Under the pieces are notes generated by a model. The model searched no databases and was not told the origin of the DNA. It saw only the letters and a program-made list of their open reading frames with translations. Positions 37,573 to 50,700 of a stretch of 59,821 nt of DNA are shown piece by piece. The stretch lies in assembly GCA_029717555.1 (NCBI GenBank), contig JAMDHS010000006.1:372001-431821 (forward strand). Direction: 5' to 3'. The stretch is from Peribolospora baueri. Its lineage: Eukaryota. A program made the position numbers and the translations under genes. Each line of letters starts with the position of its first letter. Position 1 is the first letter of the stretch.

Positions 37573-37601
37573 TTACGTAACACACGCTGCTCCATGACGT
37601 C
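37573..37601 (+). promoter_or_regulatory. Putative bZIP (CRE/Atf1-like) sites upstream of the small hydrophilic gene
   Basis: Palindrome TTACGTAA at 37573-37580 and TGACGTC at 37595-37601, with a TATAAG at about 37699, about 110 bp before the ATG at 37807. Confidence 0.35.
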
Positions 37602-37806
37602 GCCGACTCGATCGACGCTTTTTCTCTGTCTCGCCTTCTCGCAGTCGATGAGCGATGGGATGGGATTAGGATAGGACAGGTGGGGTTGGGTCGCAAGGTA
37701 TAAGAACGTCCGAGTTGAGCGACGACGACCACCTCCATCGACTCCCAGACTTCGATTTGTGATTTTCGTCTTTCTTCTGTATCCCACCGCCCCCGGCCTC
37801 GTCGAA

Positions 37807-38691
37807 ATGAGTACCCAGAGCCAGTACCAGACTCACGCGTACGTCTTCCTCCTTCCGCTGTATTTCTTTCCTTTCTTTCCTTTCCTTTCCTTCTCCCGCC
37901 TCTTCTTCCATCCATGCTAGACGAGAAGGGACCGACAGAACGCTCATCTCCCCCGCCTCTTTTTTCTTCCTTCCAAAAAAAACATACAAACATACAAACA
38001 AACAAACAAACAAACAAACAAACAAACAAACAAACAAACAAATTCAGCGGCGATGGCGACCAGAGGACGTACGCTAGAACCGAGATGCCGCCCCCGGACA
38101 GGCACCATGAGGGGCAGCAGCACTCGCACGCCAACCTGGATGGCAAGGACCAGAAGAGCTTGGCTGTGAGCGTCGATCCGATCCGGTCTGATGGATGCCT
38201 CTACCCGCCTGGCGCACTCATCCCCCGCCTTCCTTCTCTTCCTCCTCGCTCTTCCATCCGTCTAATCTCTCCCTCTCTCTCTCGCACACACACACACCCA
38301 TATGGACGTCAGAATAAGCTCGATCAGGCCAGTCGGGAAGAGAAGCAGCGGCGCCAGGCGGACGACTACGAGTCGCACACATCGCCGACGGCGCCTGCCC
38401 TCTTTGTGAGCATCTCACGCTGACACGTCCCTCCGCCCCGTGCCGTGGCTACCTACCTACATGAACCGGGCCCTCGTCCGCTCGTTTGTGGCTTGCGGCT
38501 TGGCTTGCGGCTTGTGGCCGGCGCTCTATCGCGCGCGCGCTGATTGACTGACATGATCGGGCCCTCCCCTCCGTTTGCGTTCTTCCTTCTCTTTGCAGCA
38601 TGGCAATGAGCCCTCGAAAGGAGCAAAGGTGGACCAAGAGCTAGAGCAGGAAGATGCAGAGATCCTCAGGAAGAAGGGTATAAAGCCCTGA
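37807..38691 (+). CDS. Small (111 aa) hydrophilic uncharacterised fungal protein, 4 exons
   Basis: Exons 37807-37838, 38048-38165, 38313-38405 and 38599-38691, all with GT..AG introns and consistent phase. Protein: MSTQSQYQTHAGDGDQRTYARTEMPPPDRHHEGQQHSHANLDGKDQKSLANKLDQASREEKQRRQADDYESHTSPTAPALFHGNEPSKGAKVDQELEQEDAEILRKKGIKP*. Confidence 0.8.
37981..38042 (+). repeat. (CAAA)n microsatellite within intron 1 of the small gene
   Basis: Direct reading. Confidence 0.9.
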
Positions 38692-38936
38692 CTCTGGGCG
38701 TCGGATTCTGAGACGTTGGCGTGTAGCCCGCGCGCGTAGATTAGAATCGCCGCCCTCGGCGGTTTTTTGTGCGCATATTAAAAAGAGACAAACAAAAAAC
38801 CGGAATGGACCCTGAAGGCGTCACATGGAAAGAGAGACCGGATGAAAGTCGATGGGCATGAAAAGGAGCAGCAGGACGTTTAGCGGGCGTTCATCCAACT
38901 TCTTGTCGTAGACGTGCCATGTCGAGGTCCGGTCGC

Positions 38937-41900
38937 TTACGCTCCCCCTCCCATCCTGCTATCGGGAACGTTGGGCGTGATGATCGGCCCCCCTTCCTCG
39001 TCCTCATCCTCGCCCACGTCGAACATGACCTCGGAATCCCGCTCCCGCACGCCCCCGTTCTCCTTGTCCGTCCGATGTGTTGGATGATAGCCGTCTCGCC
39101 GGTCGTCGCCGTCGTCCTCCTCTTCGTCCGGCCGGTCTACGACGAGCTCGTCCAGCTCGTGAGGATCCTCCCCGCCCTCCTTCCCGCCGGGCAACCTGAC
39201 CGCCCCGCCCCCATCCCCGCCCCCTCCGCCGCCGAACCTCCTCCCCCGTCCCCTCCTCGCCCTCCTCGCCCGACACCAGAAGAACGCGGCCAAAGCGAGC
39301 ACGACGAGCATAAAGGCCAGGGCGGCACTCCCGGCGTTGTAGTACGCCTCCCACTTCGCCTCGTCCTTCACCTCCTCCTCGCTCTTGCCGCCGACGATCA
39401 TCGGCGGCCCGCTGTTCCCGTTGCCTCCGCCACCGCTTAGGACGAGCATTCGATCCGGTTCGTCCCCCAGATGCGACGGTATCCGGGCGGAAGGGCCAGC
39501 GGCGGAGAGGAGGTCGACGCCCATGAAGCGGAGCATCATGTCGTGCGACTCCACGGGAACGTCAAAGCCGACCATGTGCGACGCGTTGGCCACCTTGACG
39601 TACGTCAGGTTGCGCGACGTCTGCCACGTGCCCGCGTAGCTGTTGTTCACGTGCCAGTCTCGTATCGGTGCATCCTGTAAGACAAGGTAGAGATCGGTCG
39701 GACAGGACGAGCATGTCAGCAAATCGGCGTCCTAGGGGGAAAAAAAGGACTAGGAAACAACAAAGGTCATCGGAAAGGACTGTCCGCCAGTCTTACTCAC
39801 GCCCATGCCCTTCTCCCCTTTCCAGGTCAAGTTGCCGAGCGTCCACTCCACGCCGATATGGTTGCAAATAATGTCCTGGTCGCCCGCGAAGACAAGGATG
39901 GCTACGTTCTTGGAGAGGATAGTGGGGAAGAGGTCGATACTCGCATAGTCGCCTTGGCCAGTGAGCGCCGAGCCTACGCGGTTGTTGCACTCCGTCCACG
40001 CTTCTTGCCGTGCTTCTGCGTGCAGCGCTCTTTTCACGTCGTCGCGCTGACGATGAACAAAGGCACGGGGTACAAAAAGGGGAATATGTCTGCAAAAGGC
40101 ACGCGAGCGCGAAAACTTGCCGAAAGAAGAGCTAAAACACTCACCCTCAAATAGTCGTATACCGCACTCAAGTCCGGTGGCCAGTTCATGCCACAAGCGG
40201 GGTATTCGTCGACCAAGCGGATGTCGTACGAGTTGACGCACATCTTCTTGCCGTTGACGCTGTGGGTTTGTGAGCGCGTGCATATTTGGAAGATGTCCAA
40301 TGGATTGGAAAGAGAACGGAAGGGGCGAAAGACGTAGAGGTCAGCTAGATGCATCGTCGAGCCCACTGATATTCGGTCATGGTTACGACGCTTCAGACTC
40401 GGCAACGACCCGGAGGTGGCATGGGACGCCGCTCACGCCTCAAAACTCACGTCGTCAGCGTGAGATCGATCATGTCCGTCAAGATGTCGCAGTCGGAGTA
40501 CTGTAGCTTTGTATGATCGTCCTTGTCCTTCTCCAGCGAAGCCATACACCGGGCCACGTGTTCGTCTAGCTTCTTGGTGGCCTGTAAACGCGCGATGGGG
40601 TGGGCCAGGGAGCATGGAAAGATGAGGGCGACATCAGCGAGGAAAGAGATGGACGTTTATTCTTTAGATACCATCCACTACGATGACAGATTGGCACCCG
40701 ACCCCGACAACCCACCTCGTCTCCCGGCCTAAGCAGGCCTGCCTGCTTGCCCATCTCGACGACGGAGCCAGCCTGATGTCTGGGGTCATAAGCACCATTG
40801 CCGATAGCGATGCCTTTGAGGCGCGTGTCAATCTCGGTGGTGGAGAGGATGGAGTTGGCGATCCAGGGGATCCATTGTCCCGCATAGGATTCGCCGGCTA
40901 GGTAGGTCTTTAACGTGAGGAGGGGACAGAAGAAGAGACCGAACGGTGAGCTTCGATGGAACGCAATACAGCACAGTATCGTGGGGTCGCTTACATCATG
41001 CTCCTTGAACTCGGGAAAGATCTGATAGAAGTTTTTCAGGAAGTGTACCACCTGATCGCCGGCCTGCGGAGGGAAGGGATCCAATAAGTCAAGAAAAAGC
41101 GTGCGTTTGTATCAGTCAGGTAACAGAACAGGTAGCACTAGGCCACCAGCAGATGAACGGCCTAGAGAAACAAAAGGGACGATGGAAACGCTATTCACTT
41201 CTTTCGAGTTGTGCACGTAGGCGTTGGTGTCGGCGTAGGAGAAGCCCGTTCCAACCGGTTGGTCCACTGAGAGAGAGGGAGATGAGAGGCAACAACACTA
41301 TAAATCAACTGAGCGTCCTTGCAAAGGGTTACGGGAAGGAATGAACGACGTAAGATGCGACGACTCACGGAAGAGAACGTCCACATACTCGTTCCAAGAA
41401 CCGCCGTCCTTGACCCATTTAAGACCACCTTTTCCATCGACCCTCCAAGCGCCAATCTCCATCATGCTGCCATCGAAGCTGCTGCACCCGGGTCCGCCAT
41501 TGAACCAAATGACGAGGCGCTTGCGATCGGACTGATGATTGGCGCGGAGGAGGAGGAAGTAAAGGTGCGAGTTCCCCCGCGGCGGGCCAATGGCATTCGA
41601 GGCTTTGGATGGGTTGGTGAGTGGTGGCGTGGAGGGGATGTGACCACCGTACATGACCAAAGGCCGGTCGGTGGGCAGGCCGGGGAGGCTGGGGATGAAG
41701 AAGTCCGCCGCTTTGAGGTTCGCTAGTAGCGAGCAGAGACGGCAGTCAATACGATTCAGTAGCAGAAGGTGGGAAAAGGAGGGAGAGACAGTGAGCTCAG
41801 AGCTCGGGTGGGCAAAACACTAGGAGACAAGGAACAGGACACCAGGACACTGACAGTCATCGAACGCTCTCCTCCCGTCGGCCAGGTTCGCAGCCAGCGC

Positions 41901-41951
41901 CCTTGGAAGACCGAGGAGAGCGGCCCATCCGGCGAGCGCCGCTGCGGCCAT
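38937..41951 (-). CDS. KEX1: Kex1 pheromone-processing serine carboxypeptidase (S10), multi-exon
   Basis: Signal peptide, then [23 protein letters not shown], catalytic [16 protein letters not shown] and [14 protein letters not shown]-terminal TM ([27 protein letters not shown]) and acidic cytosolic tail are typical of Kex1. Confidence 0.92.
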
Positions 41952-42239
41952 GGTGTTGATGGAGGAGGTGAGGAGGCGAAGACGAGGTGAATAAGTGAAG
42001 AGGAGGTGAAGGGGAGGCGAGGCGGTGGTGAAGAAGATGTCGACTCTCTGCCTATTGCGTTGCGGCTTCCGGGTCGGTGGGCTCCCGTCTTGCCGCAGTC
42101 GCGACGCCTTTGGGCGGCCGACACCGCCGGGTCGTGCCGCAGCACTCACACCTTCAAGAGTCACGCCTAGCCAGTCAAGGGGGCGTTATTCTGACTGGCC
42201 GTCGCACTTCTCTCCTCTTACTCTTCATACACCAGTCGA

Positions 42240-44852
42240 ATGACGGAGGCGACCCAAGAGGCAGCCAAGACGCTTGCAGAATACGCTCTCTCAGCTACCC
42301 ATAAGGCCGCTTCCACCATCACCGGCGCCATAGGCACGCCTACGTGAGTTGGCTCGTCCGACGCGCTCGCCCGCACCTCGAACGACGGTCGTCGAAGGGC
42401 TATAGTAGATCAGACAGACGGACAGACAGACAGACGGACGGACGGACGAACGGACATGCGGTTGGGTGTGCCTTATTGAGCGTTAGACTGACTGACGAGC
42501 GGCATGCGTCTTCCCCCTTTTCCCCTTTCTGGTAGCGCTTCTGCGCCCATCGTCAACTCTTACCTCCAGGCCGGCTCGAGCAAAGCTCAGGAAGGGACCC
42601 AGACACAGGAAGGAACAGCATCGGCCACGATGGATAACGAAGCCCCCGCGGCCACCGAGCCCGTCCCTGCGGCCGCGGAACAGAAGGTGACGCCCTGGGA
42701 CGTCGAGGGCGGCTTCGTCGACGGAAAGCAGGTGGCGATCGACTACGACAAGCTCATCGACCAGTTTGGCACCAAGCGCGTCGACCAGGCCCTCTTGGAT
42801 AGGTTCGAGAAGGTTACGGGACACAAGCCACATCCGCTTCTGCGAAGAGGTTCCTTTTTCAGTCATCGGTGCGTCACACCAGCGGCATCTGTCCTTCCCT
42901 ACCTTCACCAGTTCATCTGACCTCTTTCGCTCGGTTGGATTTGACTGCTCCAGCGAATTCGACCGCATCCTTGACCGATACGAACAGGGCAAACCCTTCT
43001 ACCTCTACACCGGCCGAGGGCCGAGCAGCTCTAGCATGCACTTCGGCCACCTCATTCCTTTCATGTTCACAAAGTGAGAGAAACACCGGATGGCTGGGGA
43101 AGACTAGAACAGGAATGCTGAGAGAACCCACACGGGATCGTGAGACCATCGTCGCTGAGCACTGCCGTCTCGACTCGAACAGATGGCTCCAAGACGTCTT
43201 TGACGTCCCGCTCGTTATCCAGCTGACAGGTGAGTAGTATCTCGTTTGATCTGGTCTCCCCAACCCCCCGCTCATTACCACCTCACCTTCCACGTACATC
43301 TTCTCACCCCGACCCGTCCACCCGCAGACGACGAAAAGTTCCTTTTCAAGCACGAGCTCAAGGTTGAGCAGACGTACCAGTTCTCCCGGGATAACGCGCG
43401 TGACATCATTGCTATCGGGTTCAACCTCGAGAAGACGTTCATCTTCAGCGATTTCGATTTCGTTGGGTGAGTCATGGTTGGATGGAGAGGGAGGGGTTGA
43501 GTGTGCGCTCACTTGTTTGGCTTTCCCTTTTTGCTCCCGTTTTTCCACAGAGGCCCTTTCTACCGCAACGTGGTGCGCATCTCCCGACAGATTAACGTCA
43601 ACCAGGCTAAGAGCGTGTTCGGCTTCGACGATAGGTGAGTCGAATTCCGTTCGCGTGCGACGAGCGTTTCACCCGTCATCCGTCTTCCCTACCGGATAGT
43701 CTCGCTTTCTCTCTCGTACTTTCTGCGCTCACCATCTGTCATCATATCGCATTCTTCAATCACTCTTCAATGCCTCCCCGCAGTTCCAACATCGGCAAGC
43801 TGCACTTCTGCGCCATTCAAGCCGCCCCTTCGTTCTCCAACTCGTTCCCTCATATCTTCGGCACCCGCGACGACGTGCCAGCGCTCATCCCTTGTGCCAT
43901 CGACCAGGTTAGAAATCGTCTATGATTCCGGGTCCCTTTTAAGCTCGACACAGGCGTCACTTCAGCCTACCGTCCATCCATGCTGACTCGACCTGTCCAT
44001 CCTTCCCCTTCCCCCCTTGTCCTCCCTGCAGGATCCCTACTTCCGGGTAACTCGAGATGTGGCCGCCAAGCTAAGGTACCCGAAGCCAGCTCTGCTCCAC
44101 TCCAAATTCTTCCCCGCCCTCCAAGGTTCACAGACGAAGATGTCGGCGTCGAACGAGATGTCATCGATCTACATGCACGACACTCCCGCACAGATCAAGA
44201 AGAAGATCAACAAGTACGCCTTCTCCGGCGGCCAGACGAGCGTGGAGGAGCATAGGAGGATTGGAGGCGATCCCGACATAGACGTTAGCTTCCAGTTCTT
44301 GACGTTCTTCGTCGAAAGCGATGAGGAGATCGAAAATGTTGCCAAGGTGAGCGCCGGAGTCAGCTTTCATCAGGTTGAACGTGTAGAGACGATTGTCTCA
44401 GAAGATCGGCTGTTCTTGATCTGATTCTCCCGTGCGCCATCGTCGCGCAATGTGCTCTTTCCACTCAAAGGCCTACCGATCCGGCGAGCTCCTCACTGGC
44501 GAGCTCAAGGCGCGATGCATCGAGGTGCTGCAGGGTATCGTCAAAACATTCCAGGAGGTGCGTACGCGTCTTGCGCGCTCCCTATCTTTCTGTCTATCAC
44601 TTCTTCGTCTTCCCTCTCCTCTCGTCCCTTTTCATCACATGTATCAACTTCTGCGTACTGACCCGTCCGCATATCAACTCGACTCTACAGCGCAAGGCCC
44701 AGATTAGCGAAGAGACGATCGACAAATTCATGGATTCCACGCGCAAAATCGACTACACCGTCGTGCCCCGCAATCCTGTCTCTGCCCCATCCACTTCCAC
44801 TTCCACTTCCTCTAACGGAGCCGCTGCCGTTCCCCACACCAATTCCGCTTGA
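42240..44852 (+). CDS. WRS1: Cytosolic tryptophanyl-tRNA synthetase, multi-exon
   Basis: [37 protein letters not shown] (HIGH motif), IPCAIDQDPYFR, KMSAS (KMSKS motif), [10 protein letters not shown] and GELLTGELK. An upstream exon 42240-42343 splices in frame to 42536. An alternative ATG lies at 42630. Confidence 0.95.
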
Positions 44853-45228
44853 CCGTTCGGAGGGACAGTATATATGAGACTGCTTGGCATCCAGCTGCCA
44901 AGCGTAATGATACATGGGATTGCCTGCGAGTCCAGAGGACGACAGGGGCGGTGATACTCGGCGAGCGAACAGTAAAGCCGTACTCGCACCACTTTTAGGT
45001 CCTCCTCCTTCCCTTCAACCCAGCAGCCCGTGACGCGTCCCAAAAATTCGTCCGCCACCACGCTCCTTGTCATGTCCGCTCCCACCCTCCTCCATATCCT
45101 CATTCCTCCGCCTCGACGCGCGTCTGTTCGTTTCGTTGGCAATCTCTACTGGTTTAAAGGCTCATTTTGTGGCGTCCCCAGTACAGTGACGGAAACGTTT
45201 ATATATTTACGTACAGTATATACAACCC

Positions 45229-46943
45229 CTACTCGGCCACCCTGATTGGCCCGGGTCCGGTCGCCGCGCGCAATCGCTTGAGCTCCTTCTCCGCTTTGAT
45301 GAGCCTGAAAAAAGAACAAGACATGGTTAGGATGCGGTGGCAATGAGCTGAGATGGGTCAACAAAGCGTATCTCGTCTCGCGTTCGCTCGTACGGAGGGA
45401 CATGGTTGAAACGAGAGACCGCGCTCACTTTTCTCGCCAATCATCGACGGTCTTGATCACTTCCTTTCTCGCCTCGTCCAGCCTCTCGCCTTCCTCTGCC
45501 GCGCTGGACGACTCGGTGGGAATGGGAAGAGAGGAAGGGAGCGGGCTGGGTGGGTGGGCGATTAGGACGCTGTAGAACGACTCGGTGGGTTCGGGGAAGA
45601 CGATCTCGTCATACTGCCAGGAGTGGACTACCGCCGGCGGTGCCAGCGGCGCGGGCGCGGCCGAAGCACTGCCGGCCACAGAGCTCGACTCGCCTCCTCC
45701 CGCGCCACCGGCGCCAACCGCTGTCGCATCATGGCAACTGGTCATCGACGACGACGACGACGCCGCGGCCGCATCACCGTCCCAATCGACACCGCTCCTC
45801 GACGCCGCTGCCACGTTCACCTCCGGCCTCGCGCCCAAATCCGCCGTCACAAGCTGTGATGATCCAGCCTCCGGGGCGCCAGTGGTCGCCGTGGGAGGGT
45901 TCCAAGGATGAAGCTTGAGGTGGTGGTAAAGCGTGAGCGGCTTCTCGGCCGCTTCGGGGACGAAGTAGATCTTGATCTGCACTTCGAACTCGCCCCAGCC
46001 CGTCTCTGTCACCTGGAACGGCGGCCGATCGACCGCTGAGAGGCGAGGTAGAAATGAAAAGGTCGGGAAGAGGAGGGGGGGTAGAACAGAGCAGGGTATG
46101 TTAGAATCGATAGTCATGAGCGATGCCAGAGTCCAGCGAGAACGGATGTCATCTCATCGCCATTCCCGTCCCAGCCTATCACGGCTGGCAGTCGAAGACG
46201 GGCCACCACACATGCGAGCGATCGAAAAGAAGGGCAGAAAAAAAAAAGGAAAAGGAAAAGACAGACGCGGGCGCAGGACGGGACTCACTCCTGGTGCTCT
46301 GCGCATACGTCTCATGCAGCTTGAACTGGACCTTTTTGATGAAGTGGCTGATGTCGTCCTTGCCGCCGATCATCTTGTGCGGATCCACCTCCTCGTCCCT
46401 CCCTCTCGTGCTCACGCCCACCGCCAAGCCTGCACCCGAACCTGAACCCTCGGCGGCGTCCTTGTCCTTGAAGGCGGGGGGCCCGGGACCACCCAAGGAG
46501 CCACCGGCGGAGAGGGCGGCGGCGGGGAGAGGGTTAGAAGCAGCGGAGCGGACAGCGATGGTCCATTTGTGCGTGTGGTCCGGATGCGTGGAGAGTTTCT
46601 CCGCTGGGGTCAAGGGGGTGGTGGTGTTTCCGTAGATGACTGGGGAGAGAAGGCGAGACGGTACGGTGGAAGACGAGCGAAGGTGAACATGGATAAACGT
46701 TTGACGGTAGAGCTCTAGACATCGTCTGCTTTTCCTCTCAACCAGAAGAAGAAGCAACGCTCACTCGGGCGGGACACTGCAAGGCCCTGTGACACAAGCG
46801 GCCCGGAGGCGAAAAGAAAAGAAAGCAGGATCCATACGAGATGAGCACCGTCGTCCCTCGTTCCTCATCACACACCTTCGGAAAAGACGACAGACGGAGC
46901 ACGGCCGCCCGCTTCCCTTCTCTTCGCTCACCCTCACACGCAT
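45229..46943 (-). CDS. YAF9: YEATS-domain protein Yaf9 (NuA4/SWR1 subunit), multi-exon
   Basis: MRVR|GLAVSRP|..[79 protein letters not shown] and a C-terminal coiled coil. Confidence 0.92.
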
Positions 46944-47131
46944 GTTAAACGACCTGTCTGCCACCCTGGAGCGCCGAAAGCGAGCGGGCGGCTCGCGGAA
47001 GGAAAATGCGTCGGGTCGGCGGGGTCCGCGCGAACGAAATGGTGGTGGTAAGGGAGTGGAATGGAGTTTAAGTACGGGAAGGAGTGAGTGATCGATCGGC
47101 CGACCTTGCGGGCGGGGGCCCAACGAGAGCC

Positions 47132-47137
47132 AAAAAA
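47132..47137 (-). terminator. Pol III oligo-T terminator of the tRNA-Glu
   Basis: TTTTTT on the minus strand begins 2 nt after the discriminator base. Confidence 0.8.
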
Positions 47138-47138
47138 T

Positions 47139-47239
47139 TTCCCTTGCCGGGAGTCGAACCCGGGCCTTGACGGCGCCTGTAGAGGCGGGATAAACCCTAC
47201 AATGAGAGCGTCATGTCCTGGCCGTTGGACCACAAAGGA
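47139..47239 (-). tRNA. tRNA-Glu (anticodon CTC) with a 29-nt intron (47174-47202)
   Basis: Acceptor TCCTTTG/CAAGGGA, D-arm GTCC..GGAC, anticodon stem TGACG/CGTCA with loop CT-CTC-A, intron after position 37, T-arm CCGGG-TTCGACT-CCCGG, followed by a T6 Pol III terminator. Confidence 0.93.
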
Positions 47240-47754
47240 CTTGCTTATTTTTCATCTTCCAATTATGCAATATGGCTGTACCACCCAGCAACATGTGCAT
47301 GCCCAATTCCCACCCACACCGTGGGAGGGACCATCGACACGACACTTCTTGTAGTGATGGCAGTGGCGAGCATGTCTTTCAACGATGTCTCACAAAAGTC
47401 TCTCACGCCTGAGGCAAGGCCATTTTCTGGTGCGCGGTAGCTGTGAGAGACAGACACAGACAGACAGACACGCGTTCGCCTCCCCCCCGCCTGTGGCCGT
47501 ATTCCATGGTCGCATCACACAAGCAACGTCACGCGTTCTCTCTCTTCGCTGCTTTGTTCTTTCCTGGACAAGAAGTGATGCGTCATGGTGACGTTTCGTA
47601 TCTGTCTGGTAATGAGAACTATAGGACGCGTCGCTGCGATGCGATTCGACCTGCCCCTCCGTTCTACATACATCTCCACGCGACATGGCCGCCTGGCTAG
47701 TCTCCAAAGAAAACAGACGCCGCCTGGCCCATCCTGTGCCCCCGACCAGAAACG

Positions 47755-50700
47755 TCAAGAAGGTGGAGCGGCGAGAGAGGAAGAAGGATACCCCGGCTCG
47801 GGAGCCCACATCCGCTCCGCTAGACTGCGCGGGAACGTGATCCAAAGCGCCGCGTCCTCCGCGCCGTCTTCCTTGGCGGAGGGGAACGATCGCCTGGCGT
47901 TTCCGCCGGCCAGCAACGCTTTCCCGCCCTGGCCCTTCCAAACCTCCCTGGCGGCCCCCCTAACGCTGCCCGCGTTCGTGCTGAGCGTCGTGCAGCCGAT
48001 GCGGAGGCCGAGAAGGATGGAGCGGAGCGTGTGAGAGGTCTGCTTGGGTAAGGGCGCCGAGGAGCGCGCGCGCTGTTCGCCAAGGTGTGCCCGTGGGTTC
48101 TTCTCGGACACATGATCTGCATTCTCGGCGACGGCGGCTTGGACGGTGTCCGAAGCGAGGCTGGCATCTTGTCGTGACGCCCGGTCTTGCGAAGCTTCTT
48201 GAGAACGTAGCGAAACGTCCCGTTCGATTGTTTGGTTCGTAGCGGCCCGTGGGGAAGAACGAGACTGAGTCGGAGGAGAGGTGGCGGAGCGGTGCGCGGT
48301 CGAAGTTTTGGCGGCGAGCAGGTCGACGAGGATGGGTTCTAGGGAGCGAGAGAAGGCCGTGAAGCTGGGCGTTAGACCAGCGTCTGCGGTCGAGTCGTAG
48401 ATGGAGCGCGGTGGAGGGGGACCGAACGAATGCGAGGCCGAGGGGGATGAAATGACGTGTGGCGAGGGCGTGGGCGCGTTGGGCGCCGGCTGAGCGACAA
48501 CAAGCTCGGGAGAAGGTAGAACGTCTATCGGAAGCCACGCCTCAAACGCCTGGCGGACCCGTTCGTGGTCTGCTAGAACTGTGGCCGGATTTCCAGCGCC
48601 ACCAGGAACGCCACCGGCGACGGGGGCGGAAACGTCATCGAAAGCGGGACGAGCGTAGCGCGAGCGCGTCCAAAACTTTTCGACGGGCTCGAGCCCGAAG
48701 AGCGCCCTGGCGCGCACGAGCTCGCTCGGTCCGCCTACGAGCTCGACAATGTGAAGGCACTTGTCGCGCGCTTGTTCTGTGGTGACGAGCCTGTAGACTG
48801 GCATCGAATCGCCGACGCCCTTAGAGGTTACGGAGGTTGGCGACGAGGAGGACGAGGGGGTCGGTGCGGCGGGACGTAAACGCAGGATGCCGTTGACGAC
48901 ATCGATCAAGAACGGCGCGTTGATCTCCCTCGTGAGCTGACCCGCCAAGGCGCACCGGTGAGAGTCGGGTTGGCGCAGGCCTCTCGCCCCGCCGGCGCTC
49001 CCGGAGGCGGAGGAGGCAAGCGCTGAAGCGGACTCGGAGTCGGATGAGCTGCCATTCTCTTGTCCTTCACGATCACCATCTCCTTCTCCTTCTTCTTCTT
49101 CGTCGTTGTCGTTGTCGTTGTCGTCGATGTCGCCGTTGCCACCCGGGATATTCGCTTCCTCTCTCCGCGTCTGCGTCGCTTCGACCACACGCTTCGGCGC
49201 CCGAAGGAGGAACAAGCTCTCCAGCCCCGTCTCCTTCCGAGCGCCCCCTTTCGCTGCCGTTCGACCGGCGTCGAATCGGCGCGATACGGTGGACAATGGG
49301 ACGTGGGAAATGTCGCTGACAAACGCGACGAGCGTGGAGAGGTCGAGGTTGAGCGCGTGTCTCGTAGGTCGGAGGGGCCTGGTCGGAGGGGGCGGAGGCA
49401 GAGATGGGATGCTGTCGTCCGCGGCGCATTCGACGGTGACGCCGAGGGCGCGCATCTGGGCGAGGATGAGCCTGAGACGGCGGTTGAAGCTGTCCTCTTG
49501 GTCCGTCCTTCCGCCCTTGTCCTCGTCTGGGGGCTCGACGAGACGCGTTAACCGAATGACAATGTCGACACCAAGGGACGCTCGAGACGACGTGCCTCCG
49601 TATTTCCTCAAGTCTCCTTCAGCGTGCCGCGCGCCGTTGCGTGTGACGCCCGCGTCCTTCTGGCGACGATGATGGGCCGCTGCTGCGACGAGCTGCCGAG
49701 CCAACTTAATTAACGAGCACTTGGCGACCACGCGCGCGTCGATGGCTGCCGTGTCGTTCATGTCGAGAGGCGGCCTCTCCTTTGAGCACGAGGCGCGCGA
49801 AGAGGAGGAAGCGGCCGGGGTCGACAAGGCGGCCGACGAGTCCGAGTCCGAGTCGGAGTCGTCGGATTCGCAGAGGTACGCCTCGGCCTCGCGGAACTCG
49901 GCAAGCAGACTCGAGGGCTTGATGCTTCGAGCCCGTACACACGCGGGATGCGGGATGGATAGGAACGGAGGTGAAGGGGGGGGTGGCACATATAAGGACC
50001 GAGCGGCGTGAGCTTCCCTTCACTCTGCAGGATCCAATCCTCGCTGGAACGGGATAGAGACGACGGAGACGGCCGACCGGCCGACGTCGAGGACCCGATC
50101 CACACTCACGTATTGACCCTCACCCATCGCCTCCCTCCGTCGGCCACCACGTCCACCTTGGCGCGCTTCTCCTTTCCCCTGGTCATTGCCCTCCCGTGGG
50201 CGTCGCCACCGCCGTGCTGTTCGGCCTTGGCCTTGGCCGCGGAATAGGAGGAGGTGGAGGAAGGGCGGGGCAGGGGGAAGGATGCGCCAATCTCAAAGAC
50301 AGGTGGGTGGGTGAGAGCGGTGGAGAGAACGACGGAAGAGACGGAGAGGAGGTAAGGGGCGTTGGAGGAAGTGGAGTGTTGGGCGTTAGAGCGCTGAAAA
50401 GGAAACAGACAAACAGACAGACAACGGGGGTGCGAGTGAGCGTCTGGAAAGCGATGTGACGACGGCTGACGTGACGATGATGCCTCCTCTTCTCTTCTCA
50501 TCCCCTTCGCCTTCGCTCACCCTATCCGCCCATTCCTCCTCCCGCCGGAGCGCGTCCCTAAGCACCCTGACGCCCTTGATGCCGGGCGCATCTCCAGGGG
50601 GCGTGGGCGTGGAAGACGAAGAAGAAGAAGAAAAAGAAGAGGAGGAGGAAGAAAGGCCGCTCTCGAATACCCGCTCCCAACCTAGGATGGGCGGCCGACC

